From: Hydrolagus affinis
Taxonomy: Eukaryota
DNA length: 64,000 nucleotides
Assembly (NCBI GenBank): GCA_012026655.1
Contig: JAAILG010000672.1
Span: 1-64,000, forward strand
Reading direction: 5' to 3'
A program made the position numbers and the translations under genes. Shown piece by piece: positions 38,601 through 49,158 of this stretch (its first letter is position 1; each line of letters opens with the position of its first letter). Below the pieces are notes generated by a model. It saw nothing but the letters and a program-made list of their open reading frames with translations, made no database searches and had not been told where the DNA came from.

Positions 38601-40423
38601 GCTAAGACTCATTTCTCATTTAATCCTCTGCCCTCGGAAACTTAAAAGATAATAAATAAGCTTCAATAATAACCTGAACGGCGCCAGGAACCCCAAAAGT
38701 TACGGGAGGAATAAAAATATATATGTTTTTAAAATGAGGAGCCATTGAGATTTCTGATCTGTTCCGCATCACACTATTTATAGCACAAATCTCCGCCTGT
38801 ATTGAAATGGCCATTATGGCAAAGAGGAACTTAATATTTAATACACACATAAGATGGGGGTCCTAGAAGCAGTTTCTAGCGTTTACACCTGACAAAATGA
38901 TTACAGAGGGTGCACAATTGACATACATAGGTATATATATACTGTGTGTGACACACACAAAATATTCTCAACCCGCGTTATGTGTGGTGTGTGTTTGGCT
39001 GGTGTTGTGTCAATGTAACCAGATGCTGTTCTTGTATAGAGTAGACGGTATATACAGGGGAAGGGAAAGAGCTGCATTTTGCTGCTTGCTGCAGGTTGGC
39101 TGGAGCCCAGCCTGTTTATATAGCTGCTGATGTGACAGTCAGTCCTGGGGATCGATCGATCGATCGATCGATCGATCCTTGGTGGGATTTTAAGGCGAGC
39201 CTTCCACTAATAATCCGTGCATTTGATAGAGCTCCTCGTCAGGTCATCGAGACGTCTCAAAACCCTTCACAGAATACGCAGTCAAAGTGAATTGATTGTA
39301 TATATTGTGTGTGGGGGAGGGAGTGGGGGGAATGGGGTGAAATGTCATGTCCCAAACTTAAGAGCCTGCACTGTACAGTGTGGGACTGTGTCCCGAGATA
39401 TTTATTTGCCGACACCTAATAATAATCCTTGATAGAGGAGGACAGAGCATTTGACAGAGCGCCTCACCAGAGCGTCTCCAAGGTGTTCTCCAAGCGCTTC
39501 GCGCAGCACACTGTCAAACGAATTGACCCAATGTTGTGTTTTGTGGGCGAAACGCGACAGCCAATTAATTGCGCCACGGCAGCGCTCCCCGCACACGGTG
39601 GTGGAAACCGAGCGGGACAAATTATTACGGTGGCTTTCTTTTTCTCGAGGGATTATTCAACAACAACAACAACAACAAATCAATTGGTCAACATTCGATC
39701 CATGACTGTTGGTGGGGGGCGGTGGGGGGGAGAACACTGACGTACGCCCACGGAACAGACACTCGACAGCGTATTCCGTGAAGGCGTCTCGGCCGCGTGA
39801 AGAGGCGTTACGTCCGATGCAAAGGATTTATTATTATTGTTAATATTATTAACCCCCCCCCCATCCCTACCCCCCCTCCCCTACCCCCCTCCCCCCTCCC
39901 CTACCCCACTCCCCTACCCCCCTCCCCCCACCACCCCCCTCCCCCCCACCCAGGGAGAGAAAGAAGCAGGTCAGTAACACTCAGTGAAGGCGCTCCCAGG
40001 CGTCTCGATCAGGCGCTGTATCAAATGCAATCAAATATCATTCATCATCACAATAGGAATTGTTATTACAGCGCTCTCCTTACCTGTGAGTGTCTGTGTG
40101 TGTGTCTGAGTCTGTGTGTGTGTCTGTGTCTGTGTCTGCGTGTGTCTGTCCTCCCCACGCACAGACACACTGCCGTCCCGGTGCAGTAAGATCGCTCCCA
40201 GCTCCTTGACGGGACCCAGGCGGCTCTGCTCCCGGGGCCGGCGGCTGTGTAACGAGCGGCAGCACTGATAGCAAACAGCCCAGGCTTGCTCCTCGTTGAT
40301 GGGCTGCTCGTAAGCCCTGAGGACGGTGTCCAGGGACAGGGTGAGCTGAGGCTCCGGGGCTTCCCTCTGGCCGCTGACCTGCTGCTGTCTCCTCTGCTCT
40401 CCATCACTCCCAGACCTGGCCAT
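5412..40423 (-). CDS. SPIRE2: Protein spire homolog 2 (actin nucleator), complete 15-exon gene, 765 aa
   Basis: 15 GT-AG exons join in frame from ATG 40423 to TAA 5412 (2298 nt). Motifs [14 protein letters not shown] (KIND), WH2 repeats, [19 protein letters not shown] (GTBM), [15 protein letters not shown] (Spir-box) and VCCCC (FYVE) match SPIRE2 rather than SPIRE1 as I recall them. Confidence 0.96.
6268..6383 (-). CDS. SPIRE2: SPIRE2 exon 14
   Basis: [19 protein letters not shown]...; 116 nt, donor gtaagt. Confidence 0.94.
6885..7027 (+). mobile_element. CR1-clade (shark HER1-like) LINE 3' end
   Basis: AAGGGATATGGG...ATTGAATGGCGGGGCAGGCTCGAGAGGCCGAATGGCCGACTCCTGCTCC(TTATTCTTATGTTC), the typical chondrichthyan CR1 tail as I recall it. 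Confidence 0.8.
7101..7128 (-). CDS. SPIRE2: SPIRE2 exon 13 (FYVE, 28 nt)
   Basis: ttctag|A GCG GTC TGT GGT TCT TGT AGC TTG AAG|gtgaga = AVCGSCSLK. Confidence 0.93.
7699..7766 (-). CDS. SPIRE2: SPIRE2 exon 12 (FYVE)
   Basis: [22 protein letters not shown](R); 68 nt. Confidence 0.95.
8521..8658 (-). CDS. SPIRE2: SPIRE2 exon 11 (Spir-box)
   Basis: [32 protein letters not shown]...LKKGK; 138 nt. Confidence 0.96.
9431..9570 (-). CDS. SPIRE2: SPIRE2 exon 10 (linker)
   Basis: Open phase 1->0 exon ending RWRWM|gtgagt; tandem CAGCAG acceptor (start 9570 or 9567). Confidence 0.82.
10969..11185 (-). CDS. SPIRE2: SPIRE2 exon 9
   Basis: [11 protein letters not shown]...[18 protein letters not shown]...; 217 nt, donor AGG|gtgagt. 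Confidence 0.93.
12101..12276 (-). CDS. SPIRE2: SPIRE2 exon 8 (myosin V GTBM)
   Basis: [24 protein letters not shown]...[24 protein letters not shown]; 176 nt. Confidence 0.94.
12963..13089 (-). CDS. SPIRE2: SPIRE2 exon 7 (WH2-D)
   Basis: [33 protein letters not shown]...; 127 nt, donor AAG|gtgagg. Confidence 0.95.
13680..13950 (-). mobile_element. Near full-length tRNA/Deu SINE
   Basis: Same family. Further partial copies near 510, 10795, 17745(+), 18995, 25965(+), 27475, 35870(+), 41820, 43930(+), 47975, 56850, 58490 and 60945. Confidence 0.85.
16669..16755 (-). CDS. SPIRE2: SPIRE2 exon 6 (WH2-C)
   Basis: [29 protein letters not shown]; 87 nt. Confidence 0.95.
18045..18325 (+). mobile_element. 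AmnSINE2-like ancient SINE
   Basis: GGTTCAATCTGGTCTGTGCTTAGTTAG...AGGGTTCCTGTTCTTG...GGCTCATACATGAAGAACAGCCACT follows the AmnSINE2 consensus blocks as I recall them. Confidence 0.6.
18650..18814 (-). CDS. SPIRE2: SPIRE2 exon 5 (WH2-A/B)
   Basis: [20 protein letters not shown]...[19 protein letters not shown]; 165 nt. Confidence 0.96.
19100..19240 (-). mobile_element. L2 LINE ORF2 3' fragment adjoining a SINE
   Basis: [19 protein letters not shown]...LKTFL on the minus strand. Confidence 0.8.
19542..19625 (-). CDS. SPIRE2: SPIRE2 exon 4
   Basis: [28 protein letters not shown]; 84 nt, GT-AG. Confidence 0.93.
20153..20395. mobile_element. Penelope-like element terminus as an inverted repeat
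   Basis: ~100-bp arms 20188-20286 and 20300-20398; flanked by direct repeat TCATTCCAAATGG (20140-20152, 20396-20408); hammerhead core at 20298-20326. Confidence 0.75.
25520..25630 (-). mobile_element. Degenerate RTE-clade LINE reverse-transcriptase fragment
   Basis: [20 protein letters not shown] resembles the RTE YADD motif region (LYADDCALVA..EEDLQ) with a catalytic Asp mutated. Confidence 0.65.
26866..27219 (-). CDS. SPIRE2: SPIRE2 exon 3 (KIND C-terminal part)
   Basis: [17 protein letters not shown]...[13 protein letters not shown]...KDAKE; ttccag acceptor, GAG|gtaaga donor; 354 nt. Confidence 0.96.
30876..31161 (-). mobile_element. Full-length copy of the same tRNA/Deu SINE
   Basis: Reverse complement of the 48512-48813 element from tail to GGAGTCC head. 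Confidence 0.9.
32365..32837 (-). mobile_element. L2-clade LINE 3' fragment (frameshifted ORF2 C-terminus plus tail)
   Basis: [17 protein letters not shown] / [11 protein letters not shown]-type ORF2 end, 3' stem-loop and (TTG)n tail; ACAAGAACTTACAACAACT is repeated at 32356 and 32843. Confidence 0.85.
33790..34105 (+). mobile_element. L2-clade LINE 3' fragment (second family)
   Basis: ACCATTGGTGGGCAAGCCTTT...CCCCCAACCTTTGGAAC (IGGxAF..APxLWN-like), then the CAGCGCCTTGGGACGTCC stem-loop tail. Confidence 0.8.
34313..34356 (-). CDS. SPIRE2: SPIRE2 exon 2
   Basis: cctttcag|AC ACC AAG ATG...GAA AGT CAG|gtatgt; 44 nt, phase 1->0, (D)[14 protein letters not shown]; links exon 1 to exon 3 in frame. 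Confidence 0.85.
39150..39177. repeat. (GATC)7 microsatellite
   Basis: Seven perfect GATC units. Confidence 0.95.
40084..40423 (-). CDS. SPIRE2: SPIRE2 exon 1 (KIND N-terminal part)
   Basis: [10 protein letters not shown]...[27 protein letters not shown]...LLHRDGSV; donor CAG|GTAAGG; 340 nt, phase 1. Confidence 0.92.
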
Positions 40424-40717
40424 TATTCCTTCTTCTTCTTCTTTTTTTTTCTCCTTCTCCTGTTCTCTCTCATCACCTCCACTGCAACCCGCACCTCCTC
40501 CTCCTCCTCCTCGTCTGTGTGTCAGCCCAGCTCTGCATAGCGCTAACACACACTCTCTCTCTCTCTCTCTCTCACTGACTGTCTCACACACTAACTCACT
40601 CTTTCTCTCTCTCTTTCTCTCACTCACTCACTGATCCACTCACTCCCCGCTTCCACTCCACTGTGGATCAGCCGGCACCAGGTGATTGGGCTGTTCAGGA
40701 AGAGCCCAGCCTCCTAA

Positions 40718-41030
40718 ACACACACACACACACACACTGAACACATACACACACACACACCCAGAGCACACTCACTGAACACACACACACATTGAACACA
40801 CACACAGCACTCTCACTGAACACACACAGCACACATACACACACACACAGAACACGCGCTAATCACACACATACAGCGCTCACTCACTCACCCGCTGAGC
40901 ACACATATACCACACACACCAAACTCGCTCACTAAACACACACCGCTTGTACACACTTGCACACCAAGCACACTCACTTACACACCAAACAGTGCGCGCA
41001 CGCACACACACACACGCGCTTACACACAGC
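40718..41030. repeat. Compound (CA)n microsatellite
   Basis: Interrupted CA tracts with recurring CTCACTGAACACAC units. Confidence 0.9.
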
Positions 41031-41318
41031 AAAGTGGGAGTGGGGGGGGAAAGCCAGGAGGAGAAAATAAATCAGGGGCAGGTGGCTCACATTAGACTGA
41101 TTGCAGTGACTGGAAGGGATCTGGGGATGCGAGAAATAACAATAATAATATCCTTCCATTTGGCATGGCAGTTTACCAAACATTCAAGACTGTACGTTCA
41201 GTACAGTATATTTATATTCCCCCTTTTCAACTGTCTAACATCCCCGTCACCCAGTCTTTCCCTCTCCTTCGTTCACAGGCAGACTCTGCCCTTCCAATGA
41301 CTGTCATCCCTGGACTAG

Positions 41319-41354
<36 letters not shown>

Positions 41355-42156
41355 CCTTGCATTTGATAGAACACCTTATCCCCTCGGAATATAATGTTGG
41401 TAAAAAGTGAAGCGTCGCTGACGAGATGTCGTGATCTTTAATGAGCTGTGCCTCTCTCTTGCCGCGGCCCTCGCATTCATTATTAAAAGACATTTACAAT
41501 GGGACAGGTGTTTGCTTGGATCCCATCCTCACCATGGCTTCCAATCTTCCCAGCGGTGCAGCGAGACAACATTGGAAGCCACAAATGAAACAAACACCTC
41601 TATTCCTTGGACGTTTCTCTCGGCCTGCAATGTTCAGCTATACCATACACTGCGCTCTTGTTATGTTGAGAAGAGGTTTTGCATAATTTGAATTTGCAAA
41701 TACCAATGCTGTACATGACGCACTCTGCAAATGTTATACATGGAGTGGTCACAGGGTGTCAAGTATCTGTCAGGGTGTGTTTGGCTTAAATCCATCCAAC
41801 ATGTGTACTTCATATGATAATAATAATGATCCTTGGCTTTGATATAGTGCCTTATTATGCCTTCTAGTCGTCTCAAAGCGCTTCACAGAATTGACTATAA
41901 AGTAAATTGACTATATTTTGTGGCCAAAACAACCACATATGGCACCATATGGTTTTTTTTGGGTTGGCCAAATGCCTGACATAATATAATAATAATAATA
42001 ATCCTTGCATTTGATATACATCTACAGGAACACATCACATTGCTTAAGAGAATCCAAATGAGACTGGGAGTTCCCAAATATGTATGTTAGCTACACTTAT
42101 TCGACTTCTGTGGTGGTAATGAAGAAAGAAGGAAAGAGATTTTTATTCACAAGTAA

Positions 42157-42437
42157 TAACAATAATAATCCTTGCATTTGATATAGCGCTTTTCACGTCT
42201 TCTAGCCGTCTCAAAGCGCTTCACAGAATATACTGTATTGACTGTATATTTGTGGGCGAAACGTGGCAGCCAATTGCGCACAGCAGTGTCCCATAATCAG
42301 TCGTGGATTGAAATGACCAATTCATTATTGTGTGTTTTTTTTTGTTGAGGGATTATGATCAGGCACGCGAAGTAAGGAAATGTGCCCAAGGTTTCTCCCT
42401 GACCTGCTGGGAATTGAACCCAGATCTCTCGCTTGTA
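42157..42437 (-). mobile_element. Near full-length tRNA/Deu SINE
   Basis: Same family, head truncated after the anticodon arm. Confidence 0.88.
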
Positions 42438-45400
42438 AATATCTTTTCAGGTCAAAGGGCTTGATAAGCAATTGCTATTAACTGTAGGGGCTGTTTTTGT
42501 AGGCAGGTGCAGCAGCCATTTATTTCGCCTCAACCAAGGTCATGCGTTGAATAACCAATTCATTTGAAGAGTTATTGGACAGGACACTGCCAGAAACACC
42601 CTTCCTTAACATTCACCTGAACTGGAATAACTGTTTACGGTCTCATCCTCTGACAATGTGCCACTCCCCCATGACTGCACTGCAGTCTCAGCCAAGACTG
42701 TGACCTCTAGTTTCGATGAAAGATTTGTGGTTTGGTTTGTAGCTCAGCGATTGGAATTGACAATGGCTTTTGTTGACACACCATATGTCACCTCCAGCAT
42801 CCAATCCATATCTCCATTATTGCTGCATACAACAACAACAAAATTACATTTATAGAGCACCTTTGGGAGGACGTCCCAAGGCGCTGAATTATACAATATA
42901 CAAATGACACAATCACATTATTATACAGGAGCAACAGAGAACCCAAAAGAGGGGCTTTCCATGAACAGAGTTGCTACCCATTTCTTGTGGAAGTGGAGAA
43001 GGAGGCAGAAGTTGCTTCCCTCGTCTATTTTGAAGCTTACTTTAAGCCCTTTTCTATCTTAATTCAGTGCTCGTTCAGCATTTATTGCCTTAACGTCACT
43101 TGTGATGTGTCAACGTCCAAATTCCAGACCAGATATGATCAATTGCACCAGGTCGTTAGTTGCCAAATGATTAAAATATGTTAATGAGGAAAATGCAGTA
43201 CAGTACTGTACTGTAATTTGGTCTGCGGTGCCAAATTACAGTAATTCACTGCTCGGCTCCCCTTTAACAATAAAAGATGCAGATGAGAAATGAACACACA
43301 CAACACAGAGCAAGACCAATGGAGGGCTAGCTCTTTGAGCTGGTGAATGACTCACAAAAAGTTTATTGTTATTTTGGAAAGTAAACAAGTCAAGAAGGCA
43401 GATAAACCCACAACCAAATCGGGCTCAGGTTTAGCAGCATCCCATCTATTAAAGGAGAGTTTTGTCTGTTTGACTCGCTATATAATTGTACGCTATATGC
43501 AGATTGACTGTGAATTTTGTGGGCAAATCGCACAAATCGTACTCTACATTCTAACATTTGCTTCAGTGTTTCGAACATTTACAGTTTTCCTATTGTTCAT
43601 CATCAATCATCAAATCAGGGGAATCAAAAAAAAGTGATATTTGGAGGAGCCAAAATGAACCATTTACCAATAGAATGAGCGTAAACAACATCTGGGCACA
43701 GAGGAATCCTCTTTCTGAAACAATCTTCCCGCCAATGCCAATGCTTCTCACAATGAAAGAGTTGTTTTGTTTCAAGAGTTACTGCAGTATATGATTGAGA
43801 ACAAAGAAATAAATAGATTTGTTATTCAAACGGAATGGAAGTGTAAACGACCAGTGCAGGACCTGCCACTATACTCCTGCCCCTTTTGATACTCTGTTCG
43901 CATACCCCAAATAAAATTGGTTGTTCGCTTCACGGCTGTTGCTGTGTGCAAGTTGGTTTCCGTTTTCACCCACAAAAAAAAGTCACCTAATTTTTTTGCC
44001 AAATTATACAGTCAGTTCACTTTGCAGTACCTTCTGTGAAGCACTTTGAGACGTCTCAAAGACGTGATAAGGTGTGATATGAAATGCAAGAATGGACAAT
44101 TATTAGTTGCAGTATACGATAGCACTTTGGGACGTTCTCTTGAAGTGAAAGGTGCTACACCACATGTAAGATTATTCTAGGAACGTATTAATACTGTAAT
44201 GATAATAGTAAAACTTGTATTTCATTATTCCTTCTCAAGTTAAATCTACCAGATGGAACCTGGGAAAGAGTTTTGGATGAAAGATAATGAAACAAATTTG
44301 GCTCAACTGACAAATTAGCACTGAAAATATAAATAGTGAGGCTGGAAGTCAAACTGTGTATTCAAAGTCTGTTTGGCTCAGAGAATTCCTCCCCCCCACC
44401 ACCCTCCCCAACACACACACAATCTCTCCGAGACAGTTACCAGGAAAGAAAAAATGATTTGCTTTTTATTCTCAGTGGCAGAGACTTCCTGCCTCTTTGT
44501 CTCTTCTGCCTGGTGAAATACCATTACAGCAAAAAATATGTTTTCTGTACAAAGAAAGGGGAAGGTTGGGATCTGCACTATCACAGTGACAATTGTGTAT
44601 GTCACAGATCACTGCAGTATTTGTAAAATATTTCTGTTGTACACAATTATACACACCTCTCTGGTGACGACCCATATTGAATGGCAGGTGTTTGCTGTTC
44701 ACCTACATACCATAAAAATAATCTCAACAATTCCACAACAATATTGAATTGCACTCACTGTTATTTTTTCCCCCTATTCTATTAATTCAACTCAATTTTT
44801 ATCCCACTCAATCTTTTTTTCCTCTTGGGGAATCCATCGGGACACAAAAAGCTTTAAATTCAGGAAATTATGATTTTACAAAAACACCCAAATTCAGATT
44901 TTGATCACAAAAAGCCAATAGAGAGGAAGCACACTGTCGTGGAATCAGCAACCTTTGCTGAACCAGAGAGGAGACTGTTTCAGGACCTTCCAAAATGCTG
45001 ACAACTATTTCTATTTCTGTAGGTATTGACTGTCACTTTAAACCAAACAGATCATTTTTTCTAACTTCCTCTTAAAGGAATAATACTGGGTGCACTCCAG
45101 ATGTCAAAACGGAGGGCTATCAACACAGATAAGGCTGCTGAGTCATCCTTAAATTTCATTGCCTTCAACTCTATTGCCAAACACCTGCCAGAAGCCAGTT
45201 GCTTCTTCCCTCTCTGCACAGATGGCAAGGGCAACACTTAGCAAAAGAAGAAAACAATATTGTTAAAAAAATATAGACCGAATGAGGACTGGATAGTGAC
45301 TGCAGTGACTGAGCACATTGACCTTTCACTTGCACGATGGGTATTTTGTACCCAGTGCATGTCAATGCACCATTTGCAATCCAGTTAACTAACGTGTGTG

Positions 45401-45727
45401 AGCCAAAATCTGATCATAATTCATCATTTTCACTCTGCGAGGCAACAAAGATGGCTAACGTAGGAAATCATACTTGTGCAGTTAATGATGCAGATCAGAT
45501 AGCAAAGGCTTTTTTTGGGGGAAGAACAAGGGATGGAGTTTTTCTCTCCATCTACCCAGATTATGCGCTAACCCTCCTGATCCCAACTACCAGCTCGGGT
45601 CCAAATCTCTGACCTGTCCAGCGCCTTGGGTTGTCCTCCCAACATGAAAGGCATGTATACAAATGTAATTTTTGTTGTTGGTGTTGTTATACCCGATTTG
45701 AGAATGTTCGCACTGGACAAAATATTC

Positions 45728-46030
45728 TAATAATAATCTTTGCATTTGATTCATGTCTTCTAGACATCTCAAAGCGCTTCACAGAATATAAAGTGCGGTA
45801 ATGTGAATTGACTGTATATTTGTGGGCGAAACGCGGCAGCCAGTTGCACGCAGCAGTGTCCCACAAACAGTCATGGATTGAAACGACCAATTTATTATAG
45901 TTTTTTTTTAATGGACTTTTATTAGGAGTGTGGAGAAAGGAAGCTTGCTGAAGGTTTCACCCTGCTTGGATTCAGACACAGGTCTCACGCTTGTAAGGCG
46001 AGTGTTCTAACCACTGAGCTGCAGGACTCC
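45728..46030 (-). mobile_element. Full-length copy of the tRNA/Deu SINE
   Basis: Same head, core and tail as 48512-48813, inverted. Confidence 0.9.
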
Positions 46031-47347
46031 ACAAATCTCCCCAGGCGACACCCACCTACCCGAGAACCATTATGTGAAACATTTAAAAAAAAACAAAAGT
46101 GATATTGTCAGCTGTCAAATTGATTTTCATTACAATGTGCTCAATCAGTTATCAATTTCTGAAGACATGTACATTGTAGCTCAAGGGCCAATATAGCTGA
46201 GCTAAGGCAGGACCAGATGTGACAATACTCCAGTGATGGCACATTTCAAGTGACAGGCAGAGACTTGGCAAAGCTCCAACAATTACTCCTAGACTGCTGG
46301 TATTGCAAGATGTTTCCAGCAACAAAAGCAGATACTCTTAATATTAAACGGGAGTATTTTCTAGAGCATTTATTAAGCATTTATTAATTTGATTCCAAGC
46401 TGTACATGGGGCACCAATTTGAATTGTAATTTTCTGTTGCTGAAATTCGGGAGAATATTAAAAACTAATTTTAAGATTCCAGACTGTGAAACTTTGCAAT
46501 TAATATCTGAGACATGGAAAAGGCCACGAGCAATGCCCTTGTTTCGGAAACTGCAAGGTTTAATGGGTACAGTAAAAGGAAGTAAATATGTAGCTATTAC
46601 AGAACAGGAGTCTGAAGCTGCATTGTTTTTGTGTCGTGTGAGAGAGAAAAAGAAATCCATTTTATCCTGTTTAAATTGTCTGGTTTTGTAAGAAACTGTG
46701 GTTTCAATCTGGGAAACTCTATCACTGTTTAGTTACCAGCTAACAGGATATATTAATTCTGCTATAAATACTGTAACAGTAAATTTCAAAGTAATTTTCA
46801 ACAAAGCCACAAACATATTACCTAATCCTATTCAAAGCCATAATAAACCAGAAAGGTGTTCAGAGACTAAATTGCTCTGTACTTCAGTCAGAAATACGGA
46901 AATGTTGATAAATAGATGTTTTACTAAAGCAGTAATAAGTGATTTTTCCAGCTGTTTCAATACTTCACACAAAAAGATGGAATGTACCATACCACAACAA
47001 TTTAAAATATTTCGATATTGAGCGGTGAGGTACAGAGCTGATTTAAGCCATTATCTATTTCCCAGTGTATGAATCACACCCTCCTACAGACGTTTGATGT
47101 GTGACGCTGGGGAAACAATTTATGCAGCAGTGGAAATGAATGTTTTGTTGCATGCTGTACAAATCTCAGGAGTCTGCCCTCAACGGACCTTTTATTTTCA
47201 GAAGTAGTATTTTTTCGTCTACGAATGCTAACGTAATACATTCAATAAATACCACCATAAACCGACTTTTTGTCACCTATCTAAAACCTTTGATAGAGTT
47301 TTTGCACCAGAATCATACTTATTAGCAGCTCAGCCATAATAGTACAG

Positions 47348-47643
47348 TAATAATAATCTTTCTATTAAAACGCCTTATCACGTCTTCTAGACGTCTCAAA
47401 GCACTTCACAGAATATACTGTAAAGTGGAGTTAATTGTGTATTTCTGGGAGAAACATGGCAGCCAATTGCACACAGCAGTGTCCCACAAATACTCATGGA
47501 TTGAAATGACCAATTTCTTATTATTTTTTGCTCGAGTGATTATTATCATTTAGGAAACTTGCCCAAGGTTTCACCCTGCCTGGTATCGAACCAAGGTCTC
47601 TTTCTTGTAAGGTGAGTTCTCTAATCACTTGGCTACAGGACTC
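47348..47643 (-). mobile_element. Full-length copy of the tRNA/Deu SINE
   Basis: Same family, inverted. Confidence 0.88.
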
Positions 47644-48511
47644 TACACAGCATCCATGAAGGTATCCACTCATTCAATGACCTGGCCAGTTAGAAGCTAT
47701 CACCATAAGTACACACCAGCCTCCCTTCTCCACAGGAGAGCTACCTCAGCTTTTAATTGTGTAGAAACAGACAGACACTGCTCTGCATGAATATTATCTG
47801 CTGAAGGGCAATGCAATCTATTCTGTGAGCAGAAAGATATGGACCTCATCTTGGCAGTCACAGTTTTGATATGGGAGAGTTTAATTCTGATTTGTTTTGT
47901 GTAGTCATTCCTATGATGGACGCTGGAAATGTACAAAATGTCTCTCCATTTCATTATTCATAATAATTCTAAAATAATAATACTTGTGTTTGATATAGTA
48001 CCTTATCATGACAAAACACCTTGGAGAGATTTCTGTAAAGTGTAGTGATTGTATATGTGTAGGCGAACGCAGCAGCCAATTTGTCCACAGCAATGTCCCA
48101 AACAACAGCCATGAAGTGAATGGACAATAATACCCATATGTGTCCTCAATCAAGCCATCAACAGCCAAATCTTTCAGTCAATTATCATACACAACTAAAT
48201 TATTCAAGTTTTTTTTGGAGCAAATGTGCAGCAAAACCTGGGTAAATAATTGAAGATACTGTTTTTTATTACCTTGCTTCATTTGAATCTGAGGAGTAAT
48301 AGGATCACAGCAGTTTTACGGACTAACCTCAAGTTGGACAAATTTTGCAATCCAAAGAAGCGAGAATAAAGAGTATTTGGAGAGCCACTATCAATGTTAG
48401 GAATGGCTCCGTCTGAACTACTTAAAAACAACAGGGCAAGTTTGGTTTATTAAAACCAATGGGTTAAATTTCTGGACACATTTGCTGTAAGAAAAATAGC
48501 TACTCTCTCGT

Positions 48512-48813
48512 GGAGCCCTGTAGCTCAGTGGTTAGAGCACTCGCCTTACAAGCGTGAGACCCGGGTTCAATTCCAGGAAAGGTGAAACCTTCGGTAAACT
48601 TCCTTACTCCACACGCCTAATAATAATCGCTTAAAAAAAAATGGCCATTTCAATCCACGACTGTTTGTGGGACAATGCTGTGTGCAATTGGCTGCCGCAT
48701 TTTGCTCACTTATATAAATTCAATTCACTTCACAATATATTTTGTGAAGCGTTTTGAGACGTTTAGAAGATGTGAAAAGCACTATATCAAATGTAAGGAT
48801 TATTATTATTATT
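48512..48813 (+). mobile_element. Full-length tRNA(Val)-headed SINE with Deu-like core and L2-type tail
   Basis: A box TAGCTCAGTGG, TTACA anticodon-loop remnant, B box GGTTCAATTCC; core GGGACAATGCTGTGTGCAATTGGCTGCCGC resembling the DeuSINE domain; 3' stem-loop and (TTA)n tail. Confidence 0.9.
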
Positions 48814-49158
48814 CAAGATGGCAATTAAAATCATACCCTGAGCTTTTATTACACCAAATTCACCAGGTATAATTAATGAGTACCGGTAGTCCCTGGGACA
48901 AGTTAGCTACCAACCATATGCATGTAGAATATATCTTCACCTGGGACACCATCTGAATACAGATAATCACATTTGGTTAGGTAGAATGGAACCAAGCTGA
49001 GACCAAATCGGTTCTGTTCCTCCCACCCTCTCTCCACAATGACTAGACAGTTAAATCACACCTGGATTCTGAGAACAAAATCCTGAATAAATTAATATTG
49101 AAATGATTTAGTACGTGCTTTCTTTAGTACGTGCTGCCCTCCCCCCATCCATAAGCTG

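Larger units (their letters stand above)
39400..41050 (-). promoter_or_regulatory. SPIRE2 CpG-rich promoter/first-exon region with CCAAT box and CA/CT simple repeats
   Basis: CpG retention around exon 1; ATTGG (CCAAT on minus) near 40685; long (CA)n-like tract 40718-41030. Confidence 0.6.

Noticed and set aside
40424-40627. In-frame N-terminal extension of SPIRE2 in the 198-aa ORF
   Set aside because: There is no upstream ATG; it is GA/GGA simple-repeat 5' UTR that lacks stops by composition.
48512-48585. tRNA-Val(TAC)-like sequence
   Set aside because: The acceptor stem is not closed and the sequence runs directly into the SINE body found many times in the window; it is a SINE head, not a tRNA gene.
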